Assembly (NCBI GenBank): GCA_016193315.1
Contig: JACPSJ010000005.1
Span: 68 to 64,067 of the forward strand
Reading direction: 5' to 3'
Origin: Candidatus Kerfeldbacteria bacterium
GTDB lineage: Bacteria; Patescibacteriota; Patescibacteriia; SBBC01; CAIJZX01
Length of the DNA: 64,000 bases
The translations under genes were made by a program, and so were the position numbers. Of the stretch, positions 40,196 through 49,954 are shown one piece after another. Every line of letters begins with the position of its first letter. Positions within the stretch are counted from its first letter, which is position 1. The notes under the pieces were generated by a model, which worked only from the letters and a program-made list of their open reading frames with translations, did no database searches and had not been told where the DNA came from.

Positions 40196-40912
40196 ATGTC
40201 TGGACACTCAAAGTGGTCGACCATCAAACGCCAGAAGGGGCTGGCCGATGCGCGACGCTCATCGATCTTCAGCAAGTTGGCGCGCCAAATCTCTTTGGCG
40301 GCCCGAGAGGGTAAAGACCCGGCCACGAATTTTCGCCTCCGTCTGGCTATCGATCGGGCCCGGGCGGCGAATCTGCCGAATGACAACGTCGAGCGGGCGG
40401 TGAAGGCCGGCACCGGTGAATTAAAAGAACAAACGAAGGAGGTGTGGTATGAAGGCTTCGGGCCAGCCGGCGTAGCGGTCATGATCCAGGCCGTGACTGA
40501 CAATACCAATCGAACGGCCGCCGACCTTCGTGCCCTGTTCGCTCGTTTCGGCGGGTCCCTGGGGGCGACAAATAGTGTCGCCTGGATGTTTCGGCGTCGG
40601 GGCATCATCCGCCTTCCGCTCAACCAATTGTCCCATCGGCGGTCGTCCGTTGAACTACAACTGATCGACGTTGGGGCTGAAGATGTCCGCGAAGAAAACG
40701 GTCAGCTGGTCATCGAAACTGATCCGGCGCGCCTACCGTCGGTCAAGGGGTGGCTGGCCAGTCAGGGTTTGGCTGCCGCTGCAGCCGATATCGAATTTGT
40801 GCCGGACACCACGGCCACCATTAACGAGCCCGGCCGCCAAAAACTCCAGCCGTTCTTCGACGCCCTCGAGGCGCATGACGATGTTACCGACTTCTACAGC
40901 AACGAGGTCTAG
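40196..40912 (+). CDS. yebC: YebC/PmpR family protein
   Basis: MSGHSKWSTIKRQKG, YEGFGPAG, TDNTNRT. Confidence 0.95.
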   Translation: MSGHSKWSTIKRQKGLADARRSSIFSKLARQISLAAREGKDPATNFRLRLAIDRARAANLPNDNVERAVKAGTGELKEQTKEVWYEGFGPAGVAVMIQAVTDNTNRTAADLRALFARFGGSLGATNSVAWMFRRRGIIRLPLNQLSHRRSSVELQLIDVGAEDVREENGQLVIETDPARLPSVKGWLASQGLAAAAADIEFVPDTTATINEPGRQKLQPFFDALEAHDDVTDFYSNEV

Positions 40913-41390
40913 CCGCCGGCGCGTGCTCGGGATTGATCCCGGCCTGGCTCGTTTCGGCTGGGCAGTTTTGGAAGACTCTGCGCCCCCAAAAATGGTGGCG
41001 GCCGATTGTCTTCTGACCGCCGCCGGCCAACCTGAAGCTCATCGCCTGGGGCAACTTTTTCGCGCGCTGTCGGCAATCATTCGGCGTTTCCGTCCGCAGG
41101 TCATGGCCGTGGAAGAACTGTATGTGACGAAGAACATCAGTACCGTGGTGGCCGTTGGCCAGGCCCGTGGCGTGGCGCTGGCCGTCGCCGCGATGACAAG
41201 AACACCGGTCGTCGGCTTCAGCCCGACCGCCGTCAAGCAGGCGGTCACTGGGTATGGCCGCGCCGATAAGCGGCAGGTGGCCAGGATGGTGACTCTCCTC
41301 CTGAAACTCAAGCGACAACCGCGTCTTGATGATGTGGCCGATGCCATGGCTGTCGCCTGGTGTGGTTTACCAGGCGTCGTGTTACGATAA
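40881..41390 (+). CDS. ruvC: Holliday junction resolvase RuvC
   Basis: VLGIDPG, AVEEL, GQARG, VKQAVTGYGRADK, DDVADAMAVA. Confidence 0.95.
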   Translation: MLPTSTATRSSRRRVLGIDPGLARFGWAVLEDSAPPKMVAADCLLTAAGQPEAHRLGQLFRALSAIIRRFRPQVMAVEELYVTKNISTVVAVGQARGVALAVAAMTRTPVVGFSPTAVKQAVTGYGRADKRQVARMVTLLLKLKRQPRLDDVADAMAVAWCGLPGVVLR

Positions 41391-41394
41391 GGTC

Positions 41395-42864
41395 ATGCTG
41401 GCTTTGAAAATTGCGGTTATTGCTGCAGAAATGTCACCCTATGCTAAGGTGGGCGGGCTGGCCGACGTCGCGTATGCCCTGCCGAAGCACCTGAAGTTGC
41501 TGGGGCATGATGTGGTAGCGGTCATCCCGTATTATAAGTTCATGGATCTGCAAAACCTCGCCAAGGAACTTGTCGGGCAGCAGGACGTTGAGTTTGCCGG
41601 CCGGACATATCATGTCAAGTTTTTGCGGACGCATTTACCGGCCCCACAGCCGGTACCGGTCTACTTTATTTACCAAGAGGAACTCTTCAGTGGACGCAAC
41701 AAGGTCTATGGACACAGCCATGACAGTCTGCGGTTTGCGTTTTTCGATTGGTGTGTTTTTTTGCTCTTCGAGGCCATCGGCTGGGCCCCTGATGTCCTCC
41801 ACTGCCACGATGCACAAACCGGACTCATCCCCAACTATCTCCGTCATGTGTTTGCCAAGAAACCATTTTGGCAAAAAACAGTCACTTTGTTTACAATTCA
41901 CAATTTACTGTATCAGTTGGTCGAGGGGATGTGGTATCAAGTCCCGCCCGAAAAAAGAGACCGCGGACATAATACGCCTCCGGACGACCCAGCCAAGCTG
42001 CGGACGATGAACTTCACCCTGCGGGCGATCAGGAACGCCGACCTGATCAACACCGTCAGCGAACGCTACGCCCAGGAAATCCTAACTAAGAAATTTGGCG
42101 AAGGACTTGACGGTTACTTGCTTCGCCGTCGCGATCGTGTGTTTGGGATTATCAATGGCATCGACTACAGCGTTTTCAACCCCAGCCTCGACCACCACCT
42201 GTCGATTCATTATGACTGGAATTCGCTCGATAAGAAATTAGTGAATAAGAACGCGCTACAAAACTCGCTCGGCCTGCCGTCCAACCGCGACGTCCCATTG
42301 ATCGGCATGGCTCACCGCTTGACGGAGCAAAAAGGGTTCGATTTGATCCTGCACATCTTGCCGGCGCTGCTCCGCCAGCCGGTCCAGCTGGTCATCGTCG
42401 GTGGCGGCGATCGAGAATACCTGCGGCAGTTCCGGCAGGTGGCGAAGCGCCATCCTGACCAAGTCGCCGTTCACCTCGAGTTCTCAGAGCCCATGGCCTC
42501 TCGCATCTATGCCGGCTCGGACATGTTCTTGATGCCGAGCCGATTCGAACCATGCGGTATTTCCCAGCTGATCAGTCTCCGCTATGGCTCGGTTCCGATC
42601 GTTCACAAAACTGGCGGTTTGGCTGATACCATTGTTGATTTCAACCCGCGGACCGGCGTCGGCACCGGTTTTGTTTTTCAAACCTACGACCCGGATGATT
42701 TCCTAGTCGCCCTGGTCCGGGCGATCGAAACCTACAAGTATCCCCGCGTTTGGGAGCACCTGACGTGGCAGGCGATGCGGAAATCGTTCTCCTGGGAATT
42801 GCCGACTCGTAAGTACGTTGAGCTTTACCAACGGGCCATTCGACTTCGTCATGCGGTGGGTTAA
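41395..42864 (+). CDS. glgA: glycogen/starch synthase (GT5)
   Basis: KVGGLADV, HCHD, TIHN, PSRFEPCG. Confidence 0.92.
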   Translation: MLALKIAVIAAEMSPYAKVGGLADVAYALPKHLKLLGHDVVAVIPYYKFMDLQNLAKELVGQQDVEFAGRTYHVKFLRTHLPAPQPVPVYFIYQEELFSGRNKVYGHSHDSLRFAFFDWCVFLLFEAIGWAPDVLHCHDAQTGLIPNYLRHVFAKKPFWQKTVTLFTIHNLLYQLVEGMWYQVPPEKRDRGHNTPPDDPAKLRTMNFTLRAIRNADLINTVSERYAQEILTKKFGEGLDGYLLRRRDRVFGIINGIDYSVFNPSLDHHLSIHYDWNSLDKKLVNKNALQNSLGLPSNRDVPLIGMAHRLTEQKGFDLILHILPALLRQPVQLVIVGGGDREYLRQFRQVAKRHPDQVAVHLEFSEPMASRIYAGSDMFLMPSRFEPCGISQLISLRYGSVPIVHKTGGLADTIVDFNPRTGVGTGFVFQTYDPDDFLVALVRAIETYKYPRVWEHLTWQAMRKSFSWELPTRKYVELYQRAIRLRHAVG

Positions 42865-44077
42865 CTTCTTCCATATCTACCAACCGCCGCAGTGGGATGA
42901 GGACATCATCCGCCAGGCGGCGGCCGAGGCTTACTGGCCGCTCGTTCATATTCTCGAGCGACATCCGACCGTCAAGATCACCCTCAACATCGCCGGTGCC
43001 CTGACGGAGCAGCTGCTCGAATTGGGGTATGATGACTTTCTGAGCGCCGTCCGTCGCCTGCTCGAACGCGGCCAGATCGAACTCGTCGGCAGCGCCAGTT
43101 ACCATCCAATTTTGCCCCTCCTCCCGCTCCACGAAGTACGGCGCCAAATTGAGCTCCAAGACGAACTCCACCGCCGCGTCTTCGGTCCGGCCTATGCGCC
43201 CAAGGGATTCTACCCGCCGGAAATGGCGTTCCAGCCCGAACTCGAACCGCTCCTCCTGGAGATGGGTTTTCAGTGGGTGGTCCTCGACGAACTTGCCGTC
43301 GGTGACGCCATCGGCCAGGCTTCGCCGCTCAAGCGCTACCGCACGACCAGCGGTCTGGGCGTCGTGATCCGTAATCGACCGCTCAGCGACTACCTGTCGT
43401 TCTCCGCCCGGCTCGACGACCACCGCAGCGCGTTCGAAACCTTGTCGAGTGACGCCCGCAGCGCCGCTTGGCTCGTGACCGCCATGGATGGCGAGAATCT
43501 TGGCCACCACCGTCACGGCGTCGATCGGCTGTGGGAATTCACCATCACGCATAACCGCGTCACCACCGCCACCGTCAGCGAGTACTACCGTCAGTTGACG
43601 ACCGAGATGAGCGTCAAGCTCCAAGCCTCAAGCTGGTCGTCGCAGATCTGGGAGTTGCGGTCGCGAGTGCCCTACGGGCTGTGGAATCATCCGAACAATC
43701 CGATCCATCAGCTCCAGTGGGAGTTGACGAACGTGATTATCGCCACCGTTCACCGGTCGGCGGTCGACCCAAATTTCGATGCCGCTCGTCGCCTCCTTGA
43801 TCGGTCTCTGACGTCGGACAAATACTGGTGGGCCTCGGCCTCGCCGTGGTGGGACATGACGATTGTCATTCGCGAAACGCAAAAGTTAGCCGATGTCGTC
43901 GCGCCGCTGACTACCGTGCCGACGGCCACCAAGAACCAGGTGGCCCGGCTAATGAGTCAGATCACAAAAACCAGCGAGCGGTGGGAAAAAACCGGGTTAG
44001 CGAAACGGCGACAGGCAACGTATCTCCGCGCCACCGGCGACGTCCGCTACATGGGCGGACGGCAAGTCACCGCGTGA
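42851..44077 (+). CDS. glycoside hydrolase family 57 protein
   Basis: HIYQP, IELVGSASYHPILPL, PPEMA, DGENLG. Confidence 0.88.
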   Translation: MRWVNFFHIYQPPQWDEDIIRQAAAEAYWPLVHILERHPTVKITLNIAGALTEQLLELGYDDFLSAVRRLLERGQIELVGSASYHPILPLLPLHEVRRQIELQDELHRRVFGPAYAPKGFYPPEMAFQPELEPLLLEMGFQWVVLDELAVGDAIGQASPLKRYRTTSGLGVVIRNRPLSDYLSFSARLDDHRSAFETLSSDARSAAWLVTAMDGENLGHHRHGVDRLWEFTITHNRVTTATVSEYYRQLTTEMSVKLQASSWSSQIWELRSRVPYGLWNHPNNPIHQLQWELTNVIIATVHRSAVDPNFDAARRLLDRSLTSDKYWWASASPWWDMTIVIRETQKLADVVAPLTTVPTATKNQVARLMSQITKTSERWEKTGLAKRRQATYLRATGDVRYMGGRQVTA

Positions 44078-44117
44078 AATCAGCTATTAGCTTATGGGTG
44101 ATGGCTGCGGAGGACTG

Positions 44118-44240
44118 AAATCACAAATCCCAAAAATAAGGAATGTTCGAGAACCGAACATCTGGGTTTCAGCGTTTTGATGATTCGGAAATTAGATCTT
44201 GGTTTTTCCCTAGGGCTTTGTGCTTGTCATTTGTGATTTT
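44118..44240. repeat. palindromic degenerate repeat
   Basis: AAATCACAAAT... mirrored by ...ATTTGTGATTT; similar to 25110-25282. Confidence 0.5.
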
Positions 44241-44450
44241 TGGGCCCATTTCCTGCCCGAACAAATGAATTTCACGCGCTCGGGTAGGCCCAGAACGAAT
44301 TTCTGTTCTGGGTAAGTGCTGTGGTCCCGCCCATGTTTATAGATCGGATGGCTAGTCACGACCATTTCCCATGGGTCCCCACTCGTGGACAGGTGTCGCG
44401 GGAACGCGAACTTGGAGAACCTGGCCCATCAATCGCGCCCGGGGCGCGGA

Positions 44451-44903
44451 TCAATACCTCGGCGGATTGGGATCGTCCCAATCATCGCCATCGCATGTCA
44501 GCACGAGCTTCCCGTTGACCGCGTCGCGCCGGCATTCGTACGCCCGCTTGACCAGCGGATCGAGCGGCGGGTCACCGTAGGTCTTGGTCCATGCCAACCG
44601 CAGACGGAAACCGTCCGAATGCCGCTTCGGCAGAAACTCGATGGCGTCGACCTCCATGCTCTCGACATCCGCCTCAACGCGCCCGCCCCTGTCTTTGCGG
44701 GCGTCGTCCAGGCTGTCGTATGCCACCATGACGAAGCGGCGCATCGTGGCCAGGACGATCCCCATGTCCTGGGGGCTCTCCCTCTTGATGGCCAGGTGGT
44801 CGGGATGAAGCCGCGCCAACTCGCGGAGCGCTACGGTTCCGGCTTGGACCTCGGCCACGGTCATGGCCTCGCGCCCAGACTTGCATCTACGAGTAAATCC
44901 CAT
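44451..44903 (-). CDS. hypothetical protein
   Basis: GGAGG SD; TTGACA-17-TACGCT promoter at 44982-45010. Confidence 0.6.
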   Translation of the reverse strand: MGFTRRCKSGREAMTVAEVQAGTVALRELARLHPDHLAIKRESPQDMGIVLATMRRFVMVAYDSLDDARKDRGGRVEADVESMEVDAIEFLPKRHSDGFRLRLAWTKTYGDPPLDPLVKRAYECRRDAVNGKLVLTCDGDDWDDPNPPRY

Positions 44904-45122
44904 GTACACCTCCCTTCCGGATGCCCATCGGCCAGATGGGGAACGAGACGAATCAATGTGCAATCGTGAACAAGACAAAGCAGCGTAGCGGCGGTTGCGT
45001 TTTTTGTCAAGCCTCGGCAGAATTTTCCGTCAGTGACGGAGGCCTCGATTTCTTGGTATACTGACAGCATTCTATTGGCAGCCCTTCCTAAATCCTTTAA
45101 CCCGTAACCTTTTACCTTATTC

Positions 45123-46484
45123 ATGATCTGGGCCAACTTCCTCCATTTCTACCAGCCGCCGACCCAAAAAAAATATTGGGTCGAGCGTATCACCAAGGAA
45201 TCGTACCGCCCCATCCTCCGCGGCATGCTCGAGCATCCGCGGGCCCGGACGACGATGAACATCAACTCAGTCTTAGTCGAGTTGTGGGATCGCTATGGAG
45301 CGACCGACGTCATCGATCTCGTCCGCCAGTTGCTGCAGCGCGGCCAAATCGAGTTAACCGGATCGGCCAAGTTCCATCCGCTCCTGCCCCGCCTGCCGGA
45401 AACAGAGATCGTCCGTCAAATAGAACTGAACACCGCTGCGCACCGGCACTATTTCGGGCCACTGTACCAACCGCGTGGATTTTTTCCGCCGGAGATGGGC
45501 ATTTCTGAAACGGTGGCCAAGGTGGTCGCTGGCCAGGGCTTTGGCTGGATCATCGTCGACGAACTGTCGTTCCAGCGTCGCGAGGGGCAGGTTGAATACC
45601 ACCAAGTCTACCAAGTCCGCGGCGCCGAACCGTTGCGCGTTTTTTTTCGCGAGCGGAAGATGAGTTACAAAATCTTATCCGGCCAAATTGGTACCGGTCA
45701 GTTGCTGATCGAATCGCTTGGCCCGCGGCTCAAAAAGCACGAGTATCTCCTGACGGCTATGGATGGTGAAACGTTCGGACACCACCGCCCCGGCATGGAG
45801 CACCTGCTGTTCGAAATCTACGAATCCCGGCTGCTCGAAACGGTTCTCGTTTCCGACCTCGAGCGTCGCTTTCCTTCGGTTCAGGCTGTCCCGCTCCTGC
45901 CGGCCACCTGGGCGTTGATGGAAAAAGATCTCCAGCGGAATGTTCCTTTCGCCCGCTGGGACGACGAGGGCAACGTTATCCATCAGCGGCAGTGGGAGCT
46001 GACTAATCTGGCCATCGCCGCCATCCATCACGCCGACCCTCGGTCCACTGGTTACGAACCAGCCCGCCAACTCCTTGATCGGGCGCTCCATTCCGATCAA
46101 TACTGGTGGGCTTCAGCCAAGCCATGGTGGTCGTTGGAAATGATGGAGCGGGGAGCGAAGGAATTGCGCGATGTGGTCAACACGGCGCCCGGCGCGACCG
46201 CGGCGCAGCGCCGGCAGGCCCAAGAGCTTTATCAACAGATCGTCTTCACTGGCTTCGACTGGCAGCGGGAAGGAATTGTCGAAACCCTGGCTCGTCAAGA
46301 AGACGAAGAAATTCGTCAGCGGACCGATCAGTCGATGCCGAAGCTTCCGCCGCAGGAACTGGTTAAGATCATCGCCAATCTAGAAAAAGAGATGCGTCTC
46401 GTCTCGGAGCGGCAAGAGTTCGAGCGCGCCGCGCAGCTCCGCGATCGTATCAAAGAGCTTCGCACCTATGCGGCCGAAGTCTAG
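45123..46484 (+). CDS. GH57 protein with a C-terminal UVR domain
   Basis: HFYQP, PPEMG, DGETFG; LEKEM.....QEFERAAQLRDRIKEL. Confidence 0.88.
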   Translation: MIWANFLHFYQPPTQKKYWVERITKESYRPILRGMLEHPRARTTMNINSVLVELWDRYGATDVIDLVRQLLQRGQIELTGSAKFHPLLPRLPETEIVRQIELNTAAHRHYFGPLYQPRGFFPPEMGISETVAKVVAGQGFGWIIVDELSFQRREGQVEYHQVYQVRGAEPLRVFFRERKMSYKILSGQIGTGQLLIESLGPRLKKHEYLLTAMDGETFGHHRPGMEHLLFEIYESRLLETVLVSDLERRFPSVQAVPLLPATWALMEKDLQRNVPFARWDDEGNVIHQRQWELTNLAIAAIHHADPRSTGYEPARQLLDRALHSDQYWWASAKPWWSLEMMERGAKELRDVVNTAPGATAAQRRQAQELYQQIVFTGFDWQREGIVETLARQEDEEIRQRTDQSMPKLPPQELVKIIANLEKEMRLVSERQEFERAAQLRDRIKELRTYAAEV

Positions 46485-47457
46485 CCGCCCACGATTTTTG
46501 TATCCAGCGGTTATGCGACGAGCATTCCAGGCCCGGCTGCTGAGCGTCGACCCCCGGGCCAGACGAGTTCTCCGGGTTCGTGTCGAGCGGCTTGGTGGGT
46601 ATATGAACCGCAGCTGGCGCCTGCGCTACACGTTGACGCTTCTCCTGCGCTCCGGTCGACGCCGACAGCGCATCCTCCGCGGCTCAAGCGAGCTGCAGGA
46701 TGAAACCCGCCGTCAAGCGTACGTGATCATGAAATTCCTTTGGCGGCACGGTTTTGACACCGGGCCGCTCCAGATCGCTCGACCGGTCACTTTTTTTTGG
46801 CGCTGGAAGCTTTTGGTGTATGAACAGGTGGCTGGGGCGACCTTGGCCAGCCTGCTTCGGCGTCAGCCCGAACGGGTCGACCGTCACCTCGAAGCCGTGG
46901 CCAAGTGGTTGGTCCGCCTCCACCACCATTCTCCCCGCACCATCCGTCTGGTCTACAATTCGGCCGGGCGGGCCCAGTATTGGCGATCGGCGCTCGATAT
47001 TCTCCGCGGCCCGGACAGTGTGGCGGTGGCTGGTCTGCAACAAACCATCGAGCGGGTGATGCGTTTTGAGCACGCCTTGGCGCGTAGTCGGCGGCGAGTG
47101 CTGGTTCACCACGATTTCCATCCCGGCAATATTCTGATTACGCCCCGCTCGCTGCGGGTGGTGGACTTTGCCGAGTCTCGTTTATCCCATCCACTCATCG
47201 ACGTCGCCGCCTTCTTCGTCCAGCTCGAACTCCAGGCCGGGTCCACTGTTCCGACCACCACCGTGGTGCGCTGGCAACAACACTTCCTGGCCGCGTACCA
47301 TGGTGGTGCACCGAACGTCCGCTTGACTGGCGCTCTGGCCGAGCGCCTATTCCGCTTCGTCCGCTTCCGGGTGGCCCTACAATCGTACCTTGGCGTCTAC
47401 CTGCTTGGACGCCCGTATAGTCCGTTACGACAGGCTATTCTGGCTGGTGTATGGTAG
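46468..47457 (+). CDS. aminoglycoside-phosphotransferase-fold kinase
   Basis: VHHDFHPGNIL...VVDF. Confidence 0.78.
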   Translation: MRPKSSRPRFLYPAVMRRAFQARLLSVDPRARRVLRVRVERLGGYMNRSWRLRYTLTLLLRSGRRRQRILRGSSELQDETRRQAYVIMKFLWRHGFDTGPLQIARPVTFFWRWKLLVYEQVAGATLASLLRRQPERVDRHLEAVAKWLVRLHHHSPRTIRLVYNSAGRAQYWRSALDILRGPDSVAVAGLQQTIERVMRFEHALARSRRRVLVHHDFHPGNILITPRSLRVVDFAESRLSHPLIDVAAFFVQLELQAGSTVPTTTVVRWQQHFLAAYHGGAPNVRLTGALAERLFRFVRFRVALQSYLGVYLLGRPYSPLRQAILAGVW

Positions 47458-48506
47458 GTCGCCGCTACCGCCTCTTCCCGCAGGCGTTGGAGCGGATTCA
47501 AGCGACCATGGAGCGTCGGCAATTGCGCCCGGTCAACCCCCGCCGCACCCCATCTCTCGCCGCGCGTCGATACAACCGGTATTACATGGCCCCGGTTCAC
47601 GACCGCCGCCACGTGGTCTGGTTTAAGGCCGGACTTGAGAACGCGCCTGGTCTTGATCGCTCGCTGCGAGAAGAAATTTCGATCCAGCGCGTCTTCGCCG
47701 CCTACGAGCGACTTCACCAACCACGCTTTGACTCGCCGTCATTCCTCGCCAGCGGCGGGCGGGGGCGGTGGCGATGGTTGTTGAGAAAATATTGGACCGG
47801 CGCATTCGCTGGTGACATGGTCACGCACTTCGGGCTGTCTCCCTCCTTCTGTCGGCGTATCAGGCCGGAGATCATGGCCGGGGTGGTGCGTGACATCCGC
47901 GCCATGACGCCGTTCGTCAGCGCCCGAATAACGTTGCCCATCCACGATGTCGGGTGGTACCGACTTGACTTCAACTACTATCAACGGGAATTTTGGCAGC
48001 CGTTCTTGAGGCATCCGCTGAATACTGCCTGGCGGCCAGCCGACGTTCGCCGTCTCGAATCACACTTCCGTCGGGCCAAGGTCTTCTTGCGCCATCGCGC
48101 CACGGCCTTCACCCACGGCGACCTCTATCCGAACAACATCATGGTCCAATCCGGCCGTCGGAAGATTGTCCTTTTTGATTGGGAGTTGTCACACCGTAAT
48201 CTGCCCACGTTTGATGCGGTCATGGTCTGGTTGATGGCCTGGCAGCAACCGACCTGGCGGCAGGTATTTCGGGACGCTTGTCTCCGCTCGCTCGGCCGGT
48301 CAGCGGATACCGACCGGGCCTGGAATTTGGCTCAGTTGTCGCTGACTATTCGCCTAGCTGGGTTCTGCTTCATTCGCCTCGCCGGCCGTCAACCGGAACG
48401 GTACCCGCCGCTCCCCAGCCGCTTCCGTCCGGTCCTGAAAAAAATGTTGGCTGCTATGCTCCATCGCTTGGCTGTCGCTGATCAGTCTCTGCGTCCCTGG
48501 TTATGA
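47451..48506 (+). CDS. aminoglycoside-phosphotransferase-fold kinase
   Basis: THGDLYPNNIM...LFDWE. Confidence 0.78.
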   Translation: MVGRRYRLFPQALERIQATMERRQLRPVNPRRTPSLAARRYNRYYMAPVHDRRHVVWFKAGLENAPGLDRSLREEISIQRVFAAYERLHQPRFDSPSFLASGGRGRWRWLLRKYWTGAFAGDMVTHFGLSPSFCRRIRPEIMAGVVRDIRAMTPFVSARITLPIHDVGWYRLDFNYYQREFWQPFLRHPLNTAWRPADVRRLESHFRRAKVFLRHRATAFTHGDLYPNNIMVQSGRRKIVLFDWELSHRNLPTFDAVMVWLMAWQQPTWRQVFRDACLRSLGRSADTDRAWNLAQLSLTIRLAGFCFIRLAGRQPERYPPLPSRFRPVLKKMLAAMLHRLAVADQSLRPWL

Positions 48507-49954
48507 AAATCCTTTTTGTGGCCGCTGAGGTCGCGCCAATCGCTAAGGTTGGCGGGCTGGCCGATGTCGTGGAGGCGCTGCCGAAAGCCCTGGTTGCGGC
48601 CGGACACGACGTCCGGGTCCTGATCCCAAAGTACGCCGCTGTCGCCTCCCAGCGACTACCTCAGCGAGGCCGCCGCGGTCCGTTTCTTGTCCGTTGGCAA
48701 CAGCAAGGTGTTCCGGTCCGCGTCGAAGAAACTCGACTGCCGGGGACCGATCTCCCACTCTACCTGCTCGACAGCCCGCCGCACTTTGCCGTCTTCCACG
48801 GTGTCTATTTTCAGGGCGCCACGTCGGAAGACACGCGACACGAGCTCGAGCGGTTTACGTTTTTTGCCTGGGCCGTCGCTTCGTTGTTGCCCACCCTAGG
48901 CTGGCGACCAGACGTAGTGCACTGTCATGACTGGCACGCCGCCGGGGTCGCGGTCTTCGGTCCGATTATTAACCCCGCCTTTCCGCCCACCGTTTTAACC
49001 ATCCACAATCTCCAGAATCAAGGACGCTGGGAGGCGGGCGAAATCTTTGACTGGTTGGGTCTGGCCGGCAACGAGCACCCGGGCCTGGCCCAGCGTGACA
49101 ATCTCGACAACTTTAACTTCCTGCAACAAGGAATCTGGGCCGCTCGGGCAGTCAACACCGTCAGTCCGACGTACGCGCATGAAATTCTAACCCCCGAGTA
49201 CGGTGAGGGACTGGAAGACGATCTTCGGTCCCGGCCGGGCGGCGTTCGGGGCATCCTCAACGGTATTGATACGGAGATTTTCAACCCGGCTACTGATCGC
49301 ACCCTGGCCGCCCGGTATTCATCGACGTCGGTGGGGGTGGCGAAGGAGCAAAACAAGGCCGCCCTCCAGTCATCATTCGGCTGGCCAGTTGATGGACGGC
49401 GATTCTTGATTGGCTCGGTTGGAAGACTCACGCCACAGAAAGGCTACGATCTTCTGGTGGCATTGGCCGACGCCCTGCATCAACGCCCAGTTCAGGTGGT
49501 ACTGCTCGGCACCGGCTTGTCCGAGTTGGAGGTTCAGCTGCGGCAGTGGGCGGCCCGTTCCCCATCTCGGGTGCGGGTCCAGATCGGCTTCGATCCGCAA
49601 CTGGCCCAGCGCATCTATGCCGGGGCCGACGCCTTTTTGATGCCCTCCCGATTCGAGCCGTGCGGCCTGGGGCAGATGATTGCCATGCGGTATGGTACAC
49701 TACCGATCGTTCGTGCTACCGGCGGCCTGCGGGACACGGTCATCGACCTGATCACCAGCCCGGACAGCGGCACCGGCTTCCGCTTCATCCCCTTTAGCTC
49801 CGGGGCCCTCCTCCAGGCCATCGACGATGCCGCCGCCGTCTATCGCCAAGCGCCCGTCTGGCAAGCGGCGGTCAAGCGGGCCCTGGCTCAAGACTTTTCC
49901 TGGCGACGATCAGCTCGTGACTATCTCCATCTCTATGCCCAAGTCAAAGGCTAG
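48503..49954 (+). CDS. glgA: second glycogen synthase (GT5)
   Basis: KVGGLADV, HCHDWH, TIHN, PSRFEPCGL. Confidence 0.92.
   Translation: MKILFVAAEVAPIAKVGGLADVVEALPKALVAAGHDVRVLIPKYAAVASQRLPQRGRRGPFLVRWQQQGVPVRVEETRLPGTDLPLYLLDSPPHFAVFHGVYFQGATSEDTRHELERFTFFAWAVASLLPTLGWRPDVVHCHDWHAAGVAVFGPIINPAFPPTVLTIHNLQNQGRWEAGEIFDWLGLAGNEHPGLAQRDNLDNFNFLQQGIWAARAVNTVSPTYAHEILTPEYGEGLEDDLRSRPGGVRGILNGIDTEIFNPATDRTLAARYSSTSVGVAKEQNKAALQSSFGWPVDGRRFLIGSVGRLTPQKGYDLLVALADALHQRPVQVVLLGTGLSELEVQLRQWAARSPSRVRVQIGFDPQLAQRIYAGADAFLMPSRFEPCGLGQMIAMRYGTLPIVRATGGLRDTVIDLITSPDSGTGFRFIPFSSGALLQAIDDAAAVYRQAPVWQAAVKRALAQDFSWRRSARDYLHLYAQVKG

Noticed and set aside
42641-43624. 327-aa antisense ORF and similar shadow ORFs across core genes
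   Set aside because: Antisense to well-supported genes; expected from high-GC codon usage
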